A stretch of DNA of 64,000 nt from Acidobacteriota bacterium (GCA_963664705.1 OY761556.1:4832001-4896000), one strand, 5' to 3'; shown: positions 1 through 10,303, counted from the stretch's first letter. Notes: generated from the sequence alone by a model not told the origin. Numbers and translations: made by a program.

Positions 1-1556
1 GCGGGCGTCCACTTCCCGTTCGTGTAATCCGCACAGCTTTCAGGTTTGGCGAGCGGATACTCCTCCAGCGGATCGCTGGCAAGATTGAAGAACGTACAGT
101 TATTTACACTGTCGACACAAACGACCTTGTAGGTGGCATTTTGCGCACCAATCCATCGTGTACCCCCGGTCATGAGATTCTTGTTCTCATTCAGGATATA
201 TCCCATGTTCGGGTCGCGTGTGGCCTTCGCCTTGTTAAAAAGAATCGAAGTAAGCGATACGGCGTCTACTGGCACTTTTCCAGTCCCTTCACCATTGGAG
301 ACACTCTTCGGAGCAGGAATCTTCGCCAACTCCAGAATTGTAGAGAACAGATCCACCACGTGGGCATAGGCGTTGTTCTGGGAATTGGCCGCGATCCGGG
401 GACCACGGATGAGCAGGGGAACCAGAGCGCCGCTTTCGTAGGCCGTGCCCTTTCCGCGGCCCTTCCGGGTGATGTACATGTTGTCGATGAAGTCCAGGTT
501 TGGTCGGCCGTACATCGGCGTACCGTTGTCACTGACAAAAATGATATAGGTGTTGGGATCCGTGGCATCGACCGCATCGATCACCTTGCCGAGGATTGTA
601 TCCATGGAGTTGGTCATGGCGCGCATGAGCGCTTCGCCGCTGCAGGATCCCACATTGTTCGATCCGAACGTGCCGCCGCATTCCTTCATCTCTTTATAGC
701 TCACGGCATCCAGCGTGTCGGCATTCGGCACGCACATCGCGCTCGGCTGCTGGACGGCCGTCGCATGCGCCAGGTTGAAGGCCAGCCAGGCAAACCACGG
801 TTTGTTGGGATTCTCCGCCTTTTTGGCTTTGATCCATTCAATGGCATCGGCAGCCTTGACCACCGGCGCATAGTTGGTCGGAGCAATGCCGGGAAGTGAT
901 TTTGTCGGCATGGGCTCGGTGCGCCATTGATCCGCAGGCGTGTTGGCGTCCTGCACCTGGTAATCGTAGCTCCAGTATGAATTGATGGCGGCGTGCATGT
1001 TCCCTCTGAAAAGGTCAAATCCCGCCTGCTTCGGTTTCATGCCGGGGTAATCCACCGGTTTTCCGGGCAACCCGGCCATGTGCCATTTGCCGAATATTGC
1101 GGTGCTGTATCCGCCTTCGTCTCTCAGTTTCTGGACGAAGCTCGTATGCTTGGAGGAGAGGGCATCCGCATAAGTGGTAACGTTGGTCTTTGCCGCAAAC
1201 AGTCCGGTGAGAATCGCTGCGCGCGTAGGCGAGCAGAATGGATGGGCCCAAATGTTGCCGAACCTCATGCCCTGGCTGGCAAACTTATCCAGAACCGGCG
1301 TGGAGGCCGGCTTGCCGGCGATCTTGCGATAGTCCGCATGATTGCGACCGGCAGGCCCATATTGCTTCACCAGGTTGTCGATCATGCCCGGATACATATT
1401 GCTCATCACATCCATGCCGATATCATCGGCGATGACGAACAGGATATTGGGACGACGGGATGGACTGGCCTCGGCCTTTTTTTCTTTCGCTATGGAAGAA
1501 CACACACAGAGGAAAATTGCAGCCATTATCAAAAGTGCTTTTGTCGTAGATTTCAT
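1..1556 (-). CDS. Secreted sulfatase (arylsulfatase-like); 3' end runs off the window
   Basis: Not in the ORF track; translated manually from ATG 1556 (GGAGGA upstream): signal peptide MKSTTKALLIMAAIFLCVCSS, RPNILFVIADD, Cys-type formylglycine motif CSPTRAAILTG, GKWH, SDNG, GKGTAYESG. Confidence 0.9.
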   Translation of the reverse strand, partial: MKSTTKALLIMAAIFLCVCSSIAKEKKAEASPSRRPNILFVIADDIGMDVMSNMYPGMIDNLVKQYGPAGRNHADYRKIAGKPASTPVLDKFASQGMRFGNIWAHPFCSPTRAAILTGLFAAKTNVTTYADALSSKHTSFVQKLRDEGGYSTAIFGKWHMAGLPGKPVDYPGMKPKQAGFDLFRGNMHAAINSYWSYDYQVQDANTPADQWRTEPMPTKSLPGIAPTNYAPVVKAADAIEWIKAKKAENPNKPWFAWLAFNLAHATAVQQPSAMCVPNADTLDAVSYKEMKECGGTFGSNNVGSCSGEALMRAMTNSMDTILGKVIDAVDATDPNTYIIFVSDNGTPMYGRPNLDFIDNMYITRKGRGKGTAYESGALVPLLIRGPRIAANSQNNAYAHVVDLFSTILELAKIPAPKSVSNGEGTGKVPVDAVSLTSILFNKAKATRDPNMGYILNENKNLMTGGTRWIGAQNATYKVVCVDSVNNCTFFNLASDPLEEYPLAKPESCADYTNGKWTP

Positions 1557-1772
1557 TCGATCGGTTCCTCCTCCCCTCACGATTGTGCGAGTGTTTCTAT
1601 TTTGAGACACTGAATGAATTTTATCCACGATTTATTTGGCCTTATGCAAGACAATTCGGTTAATAATGAGACGCGGAGTGAACAGAGCGAAAACGGAAAA
1701 GACGGAGGAAAAAAGCGGAAGACACGCAGGATGCTGCACCATTCCTGTGTGCATTCAGCGCTTTGAGCCTGT

Positions 1773-4142
1773 ATGAAAAAGACGCCATGGATCATTGTCA
1801 TCCCAGCGGCCATTCTGCTAATTGCGCTGGCCCTGCTCTTTTATTACCTCAAGCCGGCCAGCCCCAGGCCAGCGGATTCCGTCCAATATTCCGGCACACA
1901 GTCCTGCAGGGAATGCCATGAGAAGTTCTATAAGCTCTGGGCACCATCACATCATGGTTTGGCGATGCAGCCCTTTACCGCGGAACTGTTTCAGACCCGG
2001 CTGGCGCCCCAGGCTAAAGGCCTGACAATCGGCGACGCCAATTACCAGGTGGAATTTGACGGCAAAAATGGCTGGATCCAGGAAAACAACCGTGGAGGAA
2101 ATAAAAAGTATCCCATCGTCCATGCCCTGGGCGGGAAAAATGTCTTTTATTTTCTCACCCCTATGGATCGCGGCCGTCTGCAGGTTCTTCCCGTTGCCTA
2201 CGATGTTCAGAAGAAATCCTGGTTCGATACCGCCGCAAGCGGTATCCGTCACTTTCATGATGTCGAGGAACGTCCGGTGGGATGGAAGGATCCGGAGTAT
2301 ACCTTCAATACTTCCTGCTATGGATGCCACGTGAGCCAGTTTTCGCGCAACTACGACCTGAAAACCGATACCTACCATTCGGCCTGGCAGGAACCGGGCA
2401 TCAACTGCGAAGCCTGCCACGGGTCGGCATTGGAACATGTCCGTGTCTGTCGACAGGCTCCGAAAGGTCAGCCTCCCGCGGATCTGAAAATCACCACGAT
2501 CCGCCCGCCGAAATATTCCAGAAAAAGTGCCGGAGACGCCTGTTCATCCTGTCACGCCAAAGCATCTCCCCTGACAGTTTCGTACCCGCCCGGAGAGGAT
2601 CTCTTTGATCATTTTGATGTGGGAATTCTGGATCTGCCGGATTACTACCCGGACGGTAGAGATCTGGGCGAAAACTACACCTATACCCAGTGGCTGTTGA
2701 GCCCGTGCGCAAAGTCAGGTCAGATGGACTGCCTGCACTGTCATACATCGAGCGGACGGTTTCGATTTGCGGGAGACAGGAAAAACGAAGCCTGCCTGCC
2801 GTGTCATGCCGAGAGAGTGAAGAATGCTTCCGCGCATACGCACCATCCGGAAGGAAGCACGGGGAATCAGTGCATTGCCTGTCATATGCCGAAGACCGAG
2901 TTTGCCCGGATGCTGCGCAGCGACCATTCGATGCTGCCGCCGACGCCTTCGACGACGATTGTCTATAAATCTCCCAACGCCTGCAATGTATGCCATGCCG
3001 ACAAAGACGCCGCCTGGGCGGACAGATCGGTGCGTCAATGGCAAAAGAGAGATTACCAGGCTCCGGTTCTGCATCGGGCTTCCCTCATTGATGCCGCGCG
3101 CGCCCGGAACTGGCAGAAACTCGCCGCCATGCTCAAATATCTGGGAAGCAAAAATCATGACGCGGTTTTTGCCGCTTCGCTGATTCGCTTGATGCGCCCT
3201 TGTAGCGATGACCGGAAGTGGCCCGCCCTTATCCGCGCGCTGGAGGATCCTTCTCCGCTGGTTCGCGCCAGTGCCGCGGAATCTCTGGGCGACCGGATCG
3301 ATGCGGAAACAATCAAGGCCCTCGGCACCGCGATCCGGGATAAATCCCGCCTGGTGCGCGTCCGCGCGGCCTCGGCCATGGCAGCCGTTCCGAGGGATTT
3401 GCTCGATGCCGCGACGGCAGCAGTCTTCGACCAGGCTGTGGTTGAATTCAAAGCAACCCTGGACGCTCGCCCCGACAACTGGAGTTCCTATTATAATGTG
3501 GGGAGTCTCTACCTCTCCCAGCATGACTATGGTCAGGCAAAAACGTTTTTCGAAACCGCCATTCGTCTGCAACCGCGTGTGGTTCAGCCCTATGTCAACA
3601 TCTCATTTGCCTACAATGCCCTCGGCATGAATGACAAAGCCGAGCAGAGTCTGCGTAAAGCCTGCGAGCTTGAACCGAAAAGCCTGGAAGCACACATAAA
3701 CCTCGGGCTGCTGCTCGGAGAAATGGGACGCCTCGAAGAGGCCGGATCCCATTTTCTGAAAGCCGCGGAGCTGAATCCCCAATCGGCTGTCGCCGTTTAC
3801 AACCTGGGAGTGATCAACACAAAGTTGGGCCGAATGAGTTCGGCTCTCGACTATTTGCGCCGCGCCTGCACGATGCAGCCGGAGAACCTCCAATACGGCT
3901 ATTCGCTGGCCTTTTATCTTCACCAGAGCGGACAGGATGCAGATTCCGTCCGGATGCTGCAGCGGATTGTCCGGCAGGAAGCGTCCTACATGGACGCGAT
4001 TTCTCTGCTGGGAGAAATTTACCTCAAGCAGGGGAAGATTAAGGATGTGCGGGCTCTGTATGAGAATGCCTTGCGGAGCAATCGGCTCCCTGCCGAGGAT
4101 ATGGAGTTTCTGAAGAGCAGAATCGCAGCACTTCCCAAATGA
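1773..4142 (+). CDS. Octaheme c-type cytochrome with HEAT and TPR repeats
   Basis: N-terminal TM/signal; 8 CxxCH (CRECH, CYGCH, CEACH, CSSCH, CLHCH, CLPCH, CIACH, CNVCH); HEAT-like DPSPLVRASAA and DKSRLVRVRAA; C-terminal TPR-like repeats. Confidence 0.9.
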   Translation: MKKTPWIIVIPAAILLIALALLFYYLKPASPRPADSVQYSGTQSCRECHEKFYKLWAPSHHGLAMQPFTAELFQTRLAPQAKGLTIGDANYQVEFDGKNGWIQENNRGGNKKYPIVHALGGKNVFYFLTPMDRGRLQVLPVAYDVQKKSWFDTAASGIRHFHDVEERPVGWKDPEYTFNTSCYGCHVSQFSRNYDLKTDTYHSAWQEPGINCEACHGSALEHVRVCRQAPKGQPPADLKITTIRPPKYSRKSAGDACSSCHAKASPLTVSYPPGEDLFDHFDVGILDLPDYYPDGRDLGENYTYTQWLLSPCAKSGQMDCLHCHTSSGRFRFAGDRKNEACLPCHAERVKNASAHTHHPEGSTGNQCIACHMPKTEFARMLRSDHSMLPPTPSTTIVYKSPNACNVCHADKDAAWADRSVRQWQKRDYQAPVLHRASLIDAARARNWQKLAAMLKYLGSKNHDAVFAASLIRLMRPCSDDRKWPALIRALEDPSPLVRASAAESLGDRIDAETIKALGTAIRDKSRLVRVRAASAMAAVPRDLLDAATAAVFDQAVVEFKATLDARPDNWSSYYNVGSLYLSQHDYGQAKTFFETAIRLQPRVVQPYVNISFAYNALGMNDKAEQSLRKACELEPKSLEAHINLGLLLGEMGRLEEAGSHFLKAAELNPQSAVAVYNLGVINTKLGRMSSALDYLRRACTMQPENLQYGYSLAFYLHQSGQDADSVRMLQRIVRQEASYMDAISLLGEIYLKQGKIKDVRALYENALRSNRLPAEDMEFLKSRIAALPK

Positions 4143-4165
4143 CCGCCAATTCACAACGCTTAGGT

Positions 4166-4192
4166 TGGAATCTGAAATCTGGAATCTGAAAT
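4166..4192. repeat. Heptamer microsatellite (TCTG[A/G]AA)n
   Basis: tggaatctgaaatctggaatctgaaat; same unit at three other intergenic sites. Confidence 0.75.
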
Positions 4193-4318
4193 TATATGCG
4201 GCATTACTGGGACGTCAGCGCTCCTGGGGAACGCTCCCGTCTGATTAGAGTATTCTTAATCAGAGAAAGAGAGTAGACTTTATATACTTACTTCCGGGTC
4301 CCTTTCGGAGGCCATGGG

Positions 4319-5047
4319 ATGGCAACAGCACGATTATTGGTAGTGGATGACGACCCGGCCGTATTGCGCCTGACTTCCAAAATGCTGGGAAGCAGATATG
4401 AAGTCGTCGCCGCCTCCGGTCCTTTAAAGGCCATTGATTTTGCAAGAGCCGGCAGATTCGACCTGGTGCTTTCAGATTTTGAGATGCCGGAGATGCAAGG
4501 CCCCGAGCTTCTTGCCGCAATTCACGGGTTTTCCCCTTCAACCGCAGCGTTGCTCATGTCCGGTAACAGTGATCTATCCACCATTCCGGACGGCATCAAA
4601 CTCATTAAAAAACCATTTACCTCGGAGGAATTGCACGCCGCTGTCGAAGACGTTCTGGCCAGCTCTCATCAGCTCGGAGCAGATCTTGCTCGTAAAAGGG
4701 AGCACACGACGACGCTCCTGGAGAAAGCTCAGCGGATAAAATTGGATCTGGACAAGACGCTGCAGGAATCCATCCGAGCGCGGAACCATTCACTAAAGCT
4801 TCGCAATCCGGTACCGGACCATCCGGCACAAAAAGCTCCCGAATATCTCTGCATCTTCTGTGCGGAAGCTCTTCCGGCAGATTCGCAGCTCTGCCATCGC
4901 TGCGGCAAACCTGTCGGCCCCTATGTCATCGTTCGCGATGGCCAAAAGGTGGGTATTTTCTGCAATGGAGAGGTCAGAATACATGGCTTGTCCCTGGAGA
5001 GAGCTAAAGCGTTGGCATTCCTTCTGAACACCATTGCAGGTGTGTAG
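4319..5047 (+). CDS. Response regulator: REC, helical linker, Zn-ribbon and unknown C-terminal domain
   Basis: LLVVDDD, DLVLSDFEMP, KPF; C-terminal CIFC-x10-CHRC. Confidence 0.85.
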   Translation: MATARLLVVDDDPAVLRLTSKMLGSRYEVVAASGPLKAIDFARAGRFDLVLSDFEMPEMQGPELLAAIHGFSPSTAALLMSGNSDLSTIPDGIKLIKKPFTSEELHAAVEDVLASSHQLGADLARKREHTTTLLEKAQRIKLDLDKTLQESIRARNHSLKLRNPVPDHPAQKAPEYLCIFCAEALPADSQLCHRCGKPVGPYVIVRDGQKVGIFCNGEVRIHGLSLERAKALAFLLNTIAGV

Positions 5048-5222
5048 CAATATTTGTCCGCGTAATGACCCGGGATGATGCGCTTCACGCCCTCCGGTCC
5101 AAATATTGGCAAATTTCGGGGTTGAACTGGACTCCACATATGACAAGATAATTCCAACTGTTTTGCATCCCTCTAAAGGCTATAACAGTCCCCTTTCTCC
5201 ATAGCTTTAAGGAGAAGCCTCA

Positions 5223-6902
5223 ATGAGCGAATCTGCGGAAAACCAGACGAAAGAAGATATAACCACCATCAATTCCAATGAGTTGATAAAGCGCCTGAGA
5301 AAAGAGCAGGAGGGGCTTCGTCAGGTAAACGAGGAACTGGCTGTAGCCGAGGAAGAGTTGCGCGTACAGAACGAAGAGCTTCTCCAATGGCGCGAAGAAT
5401 TAGAACACCTGAAACAACGATACCTTAATCTATTCAATGAAGCGCCCGACGGATATCTCGTCACAGATACCCAGGGCAGGATCCAGGAAGCTAATGAGTC
5501 TGCAGCCCATCTTTTCGGATGTGCGACCGAAAAACTGACCGAATTCAGGATTACGGACCTGCTGCCTGTCCAGATAGAAAACTTCCTGGCTGAACTCTCC
5601 TCACAACCGAGATCTCCATCACGATGGGAAGGTTTTGTTCTGCCTATCAGCGGAAAGCCTTTCTGGTCTTCGATAACCTGCTCTGCTTCACGCAGTGGAA
5701 ACGGCAGAGTCGAGGGCCTGCGCTGGCTGATTCGCGACGTCACCGATCGCAAGAGAATTAATGATGCCCTGGCAGAAAGTGAATCCCGGGCAACAACGCT
5801 GGCCGGTCAATTGCGGGAACTGGCCTCCGAACTGACGTTGGCTGAGCAGCGCGAACGGCAGCGTATCGCCCAAATATTGCACGATCATATTCAGCAAATG
5901 CTGGTGGCCGCGAAAATGCAGGCGGGTGCATTGATGCACCATCAGTCCAGCGAAGACCGTGAATCCGCTATGCGTCTTATATGCGCGTTCCTGGATCAGG
6001 CACTTGCCGAATCCCGTTCGTTGACTGCTGAATTGAGCCCTCCCGTCCTGTTTGATCTGGGGCTCGCATCCGCACTCCAATGGCTGGCCAAAAATATGTT
6101 GGAGAACAATGGATTGCAGGTTGAAGTATCGGTTGGACCCTCCTTTGAGATGAAAACGGAGAACACGGCAATATTTCTGTTCGACGCGGTTCGTGAGATT
6201 CTTTTCAATGTTGTAAAGCATGCGGGAGTTCATAACGCCCGCGTGGTCTGTCTGCAACCAAATGACAGCCTGTTTCAGATAGTGATATCCGACGAGGGCA
6301 AGGGCTTTGACCCCACCAGTCTCAAAAGGGGGGAGCCGTCCAGAGGATTAGGATTGTTCAGCATTCAGCAGCGGCTCAAACACATGGGCGGGCTGATGGA
6401 AATCGATACGGCACCGGGTGATGGCACGCGCATCACACTGATAATGCCGCGGCCGTCCTCGGCTCAGAAAGAGCTTGCGCCGGAGGTTGCCGCCCCGTCT
6501 CCGGACTCAAAAACAGAATCCTCGAATAATGCCGCGAAGATACGCGTTATCCTGGCGGATGATCACCACATAATCCGGAATGGATTGGCTCGCATCCTGC
6601 AGGAGGAAGTAGATATTGAAGTGGTGGGGGAAGCCTCCAATGGGGCCCAGGCCATAAATCTGGCCCGCTCTCTCCGGCCCGACATTATCATCATGGATGC
6701 AAACATGCCGGTCCTGACCGGAATCGAGGCCACGGCTGAAATTCTGCGCGATATGCCCAACGTAAAAATTGTCGGGCTATCCATGTATGAGGATGGAGAG
6801 CTGTCGTCCTCCATGCGGCAGGCGGGAGCTGTTGCCTACGTGACCAAGGGAGGCTCGCCGGAAGCTCTCGTTAAAGCCATACGCAGGGCGGCAGCGATCT
6901 GA
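5223..6902 (+). CDS. Hybrid sensor kinase (coiled coil, PAS, HisKA_3, HATPase, REC)
   Basis: ERQRIAQILHDHIQQ (NarX/UhpB-type H-box), NVVKHA, DEGKGF, GLGL; C-terminal ILADDH...MDANMP receiver. Confidence 0.92.
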   Translation: MSESAENQTKEDITTINSNELIKRLRKEQEGLRQVNEELAVAEEELRVQNEELLQWREELEHLKQRYLNLFNEAPDGYLVTDTQGRIQEANESAAHLFGCATEKLTEFRITDLLPVQIENFLAELSSQPRSPSRWEGFVLPISGKPFWSSITCSASRSGNGRVEGLRWLIRDVTDRKRINDALAESESRATTLAGQLRELASELTLAEQRERQRIAQILHDHIQQMLVAAKMQAGALMHHQSSEDRESAMRLICAFLDQALAESRSLTAELSPPVLFDLGLASALQWLAKNMLENNGLQVEVSVGPSFEMKTENTAIFLFDAVREILFNVVKHAGVHNARVVCLQPNDSLFQIVISDEGKGFDPTSLKRGEPSRGLGLFSIQQRLKHMGGLMEIDTAPGDGTRITLIMPRPSSAQKELAPEVAAPSPDSKTESSNNAAKIRVILADDHHIIRNGLARILQEEVDIEVVGEASNGAQAINLARSLRPDIIIMDANMPVLTGIEATAEILRDMPNVKIVGLSMYEDGELSSSMRQAGAVAYVTKGGSPEALVKAIRRAAAI

Positions 6903-7046
6903 ACTGTTCTGCAATATCCTGCTGAATCCACGCAACCAGGCCGCTAAATTCGTTGAGGCTCGATTTCTGTAAGAGTATGATTCCGCTGTAACCCGATTCT
7001 TATTTTCAAGCGCATCTGTCATTCTTCGCCTTAATGGAGCCTCAGC

Positions 7047-9605
7047 ATGGCAAAAACGAGAGAAAACAGCGAAAAGCCTCATGTGCAGGGCGGCATCGAA
7101 CGGCAGGCTGCTGGTAGTAGCGAACCATTGCGGACGGATTTCCCAATCGTCGGAGTAGGCGCATCGGCTGGGGGGCTCGAAGCGATGTCGAGTCTTTTTG
7201 GCGCAATGCCCGAAAAGGCCGGAATCGCTTTTGTCGTTATCCAGCACCTGGATCCAACCCATCCCAGCACGCTTCACGAGCTGCTAAAGCGTTATACCAA
7301 GATGACTGTGCTGGAGGCCAGTAACGATGTGGTCGTGGAGCCGGATCACGTCTACATTATTCCTCCGACAAAGAATATTTTTTACGTAGACGGGTACCTG
7401 CAATTGCAGGAACAGGACCGGAAACCGGGCGATCCACATACGATCGATTACTTTTTCAAATCACTGGCGGAGCAGTTCCACGATAGGGCCACCTGCATCA
7501 TTCTCTCCGGGACCGGCAGCGATGGAGTTGCCGGAGCAAAAGCCATCAAAGCGGAATTGGGAACGGTGATTGCGCAGGATCCGGAAACAGCCCGATATGA
7601 TGGGATGCCGAAGGCGGTCATCTCCGCCGGCCTGGCCGATTTCGTGCTGCCCCCCGACAGCATTCTTCCCCGCCTGAGGCAAATTATTGCCGAGGCAAAG
7701 GAGCTGATCGGCTCGGATCGTCGCGAAACCGGACTTCTTCAGAAGGTCTTTGCCATTATCCGGGCCAGAACCAAACATGATTTCTCCGGCTATAAGCTCT
7801 CCACCATTCACCGGCGTATTGAAAGGCGCATGCACGTCAACCAGTTTGAAAACCTCGCCGACTACATTAAGTCGCTCGAGAAAAATGGAGAAGAGGTCGA
7901 CGCGCTTTTTAAGGACCTTCTGATCAATGTAACCAGTTTCTTCCGCAATCCGGAAGCATTTGACGCTCTGAAGCTTTATATCAAGGAATTGCTGAATAAT
8001 AAGTCTGAAGGCAGTACCGTACGGATCTGGACTACCGGATGCTCCACGGGAGAAGAAGCCTATTCGCTGGCCATCGTCGTTGAAGAGTGTCTGGAAGAAC
8101 TGGGAAAATACTTCGAGCTCCAGGTCTTCGGAACCGATATCGACCCCGATGCCATCAATACAGCCCGTGCCGGCGTATATCCGCCCTCGATTGCGGACGA
8201 CGTAGGGGAAGAACGCCTAAAAAAATATTTCGTAAAAAAAGACGGGCAATTTCAGGTCAAAAAGGAGCTGCGGGAAAAGCTCGTATTCGCCATTCAGGAT
8301 TTTGTAGAGGATCCACCGTTTTCACGCATTGATATCATATCGGCCCGCAATATCCTTATTTATCTGGATGCCGAACTGCAGAAGAAGGTCATCCCGGTCC
8401 TGCATTACGCGCTTTCCGAGAATGGGATTTTATTTCTGGGGACAGCGGAAACGATCGGAGATTTCGGAGATCTCTTCGAAATTCTCGACCGCAAATGGAA
8501 AATCCACAGGCGGAAGGGCATCCAGCGGGAAATGGGAAGATTTATGCTTCCCGCGCGCGCAATCTGGCAGGAAACAGCGGTTACGATCCCGCCCAATCTT
8601 CCTTTGCGCCCCAGTTATGCATCCGAGCGAGCGCTGCTGCAAGCGCTGGCCCCCTCGGTTCTGGTCGACCAGCACTACCGGATCGCCTTTGTCCAGGGAG
8701 AAACCGGCAAGTACCTGGAATTATCCCAAGGTGAGATGAGCTCCAATATCCTGGATATGGCTCGTCCCACGCTCAAAAATGAACTTTCGGCGGCTTTGCG
8801 CGAGGCTACAACGCAAAAGCGGGATGCCATCAGGGAAAGCGGACGCATGTCGATCGACGGGATCCTGACGGCGGTCCGCATTGCGGTCCGGTGCGTTTCA
8901 GGTATTCCGGAGCGGGCCGGGCATATGATCGTCACATTTCAGGACATCAAGGAGCCGTTGAGGAGAAGGAAACCGACCGGCAACGAAAACGACAGTCGGA
9001 TAAAAGAGCTGGAGCAAGAGCTGCAATTCACGCGCGAAAACCTGCGCAGCACCATTGAGGAACTGGAAACGGCCAACGAGGAACTGCGCTCCGCAAACGA
9101 GGAATATCAGTCAACCAATGAGGAACTGCAAAGCACCAACGAAGAACTGGAAACGTCCCGGGAGGAGCTGCAATCGCTCAATGAAGAGCTCATGACGATG
9201 AACACCGAGTGTCAGACCAAGATCGATCAGCTCTCCGTCATCAATGATGACATGAAGAATCTCCTGAACAGCACAAGCATCGCCACGGTTTTCCTCGATA
9301 ACGAAATGCGGATCAAACGTTTCACCCCGGCGGCTACCGCCATATTCAACCTCATCGAGGCAGACATCGGCAGGCCGATCGACCATGTAACCTCGCTCCT
9401 GCAATATGATTCGCTGCCCGAAACGGTGAAAAAGGTCCTGGAAACCCTCATCCCGGTCCGGGAGGATGTTCGAATCCGGGGAGATTACTGGTATTCAATG
9501 CGGATTCATCCCTATCGGACAACCAACAATACCATTGCGGGATTGGTCATTTCGTTCATCGATATCAACGATTATGTCAGTGAAAAGAGGAATGCCAAAT
9601 CCTAG
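7047..9605 (+). CDS. CheB methylesterase-CheR methyltransferase fusion with coiled coil and PAS
   Basis: GASAGG, IQHLDP, SGTGSDG (CheB triad); INVTSFFRN, GCSTGEEAYS, RNILIY (CheR); ELQSTNEELETSREELQSLNEEL coil. Confidence 0.93.
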   Translation: MAKTRENSEKPHVQGGIERQAAGSSEPLRTDFPIVGVGASAGGLEAMSSLFGAMPEKAGIAFVVIQHLDPTHPSTLHELLKRYTKMTVLEASNDVVVEPDHVYIIPPTKNIFYVDGYLQLQEQDRKPGDPHTIDYFFKSLAEQFHDRATCIILSGTGSDGVAGAKAIKAELGTVIAQDPETARYDGMPKAVISAGLADFVLPPDSILPRLRQIIAEAKELIGSDRRETGLLQKVFAIIRARTKHDFSGYKLSTIHRRIERRMHVNQFENLADYIKSLEKNGEEVDALFKDLLINVTSFFRNPEAFDALKLYIKELLNNKSEGSTVRIWTTGCSTGEEAYSLAIVVEECLEELGKYFELQVFGTDIDPDAINTARAGVYPPSIADDVGEERLKKYFVKKDGQFQVKKELREKLVFAIQDFVEDPPFSRIDIISARNILIYLDAELQKKVIPVLHYALSENGILFLGTAETIGDFGDLFEILDRKWKIHRRKGIQREMGRFMLPARAIWQETAVTIPPNLPLRPSYASERALLQALAPSVLVDQHYRIAFVQGETGKYLELSQGEMSSNILDMARPTLKNELSAALREATTQKRDAIRESGRMSIDGILTAVRIAVRCVSGIPERAGHMIVTFQDIKEPLRRRKPTGNENDSRIKELEQELQFTRENLRSTIEELETANEELRSANEEYQSTNEELQSTNEELETSREELQSLNEELMTMNTECQTKIDQLSVINDDMKNLLNSTSIATVFLDNEMRIKRFTPAATAIFNLIEADIGRPIDHVTSLLQYDSLPETVKKVLETLIPVREDVRIRGDYWYSMRIHPYRTTNNTIAGLVISFIDINDYVSEKRNAKS

Positions 9606-10303
9606 CTATCGGGAGCGCCGCCGTCCCGGCTAAGACCGCATATTGTTTGCCAGGACCTGGAATCGCAAGGCAATCAGCCCTGGAAGGGCGGTCAGAACAG
9701 TCCGTATGCGGCATCAGCGCCATGCAAGCAGCTGTGAGCCCCGGCTTCATAGCAATGCGGCTAACTAGCGCTCCCAGTCGTAGCGCAATCCGCACCCTGA
9801 GCCCTCAATAGTCACGACTTTTTTTGGAAGCGCGCGTTGGAAGCACCGCCGGGACGGCTGATGCCGCTATTTGCCCAAGGAACTTGGAATCGCAATGCAA
9901 TCAGCCCTGGAGGGGCGGTCAGAAAGTAGCCAGGGGTGAAGCGCAGCGAACCCCTGGTAAAGATACGCACGAGAAAGAGCCCTGAAAGGGCGAAAGATCG
10001 GGCCTTCTGCCGCCCCTTCAGGGCTTGTTACTGCTCTATTCCAATCCAGGGGTTCGCTGCGCTTCACCCCTGGCTACTCGCTTTCGGCCCTCCGGGCCTG
10101 GTCCTCATTCGCGTCGCGGTGCTCAGAATAATCCGTATGCGGCATCAGCGCCATGCAAGCAGCAGTGAGCCCCGGCTTCATAGCAATGCGGCTAACTAGC
10201 GCTTCCAGTCGTAGCGCAATCCGCACCCTGAGCCCTCAACAGTCACGACTTTTTTTGGAAGCGCGCGCTGGGAGCGCCGGCGGGACGGCGGCGCTCCCGA
10301 TAG
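9606..10303. mobile_element. Non-autonomous composite palindromic element (MITE/REPIN-like)
   Basis: Perfect 23-bp terminal inverted repeats ctatcgggagcgccgccgtcccg (9606-9628 and 10281-10303); ~155-bp internal direct repeat (9701 and 10132); 32-bp perfect inverted repeat (9926-9957 and 10046-10077). Confidence 0.7.

Noticed and set aside
141-1613. Plus-strand ORFs 141-899 and 993-1613
   Set aside because: Antisense shadows of the minus-strand sulfatase
9606-10303. Autonomous IS element, or the short ORFs at 9577-10199 as genes
   Set aside because: No transposase motifs; the ORFs are translations of palindromic repeats (the same MKRSEPL start appears on both strands and at 25482)
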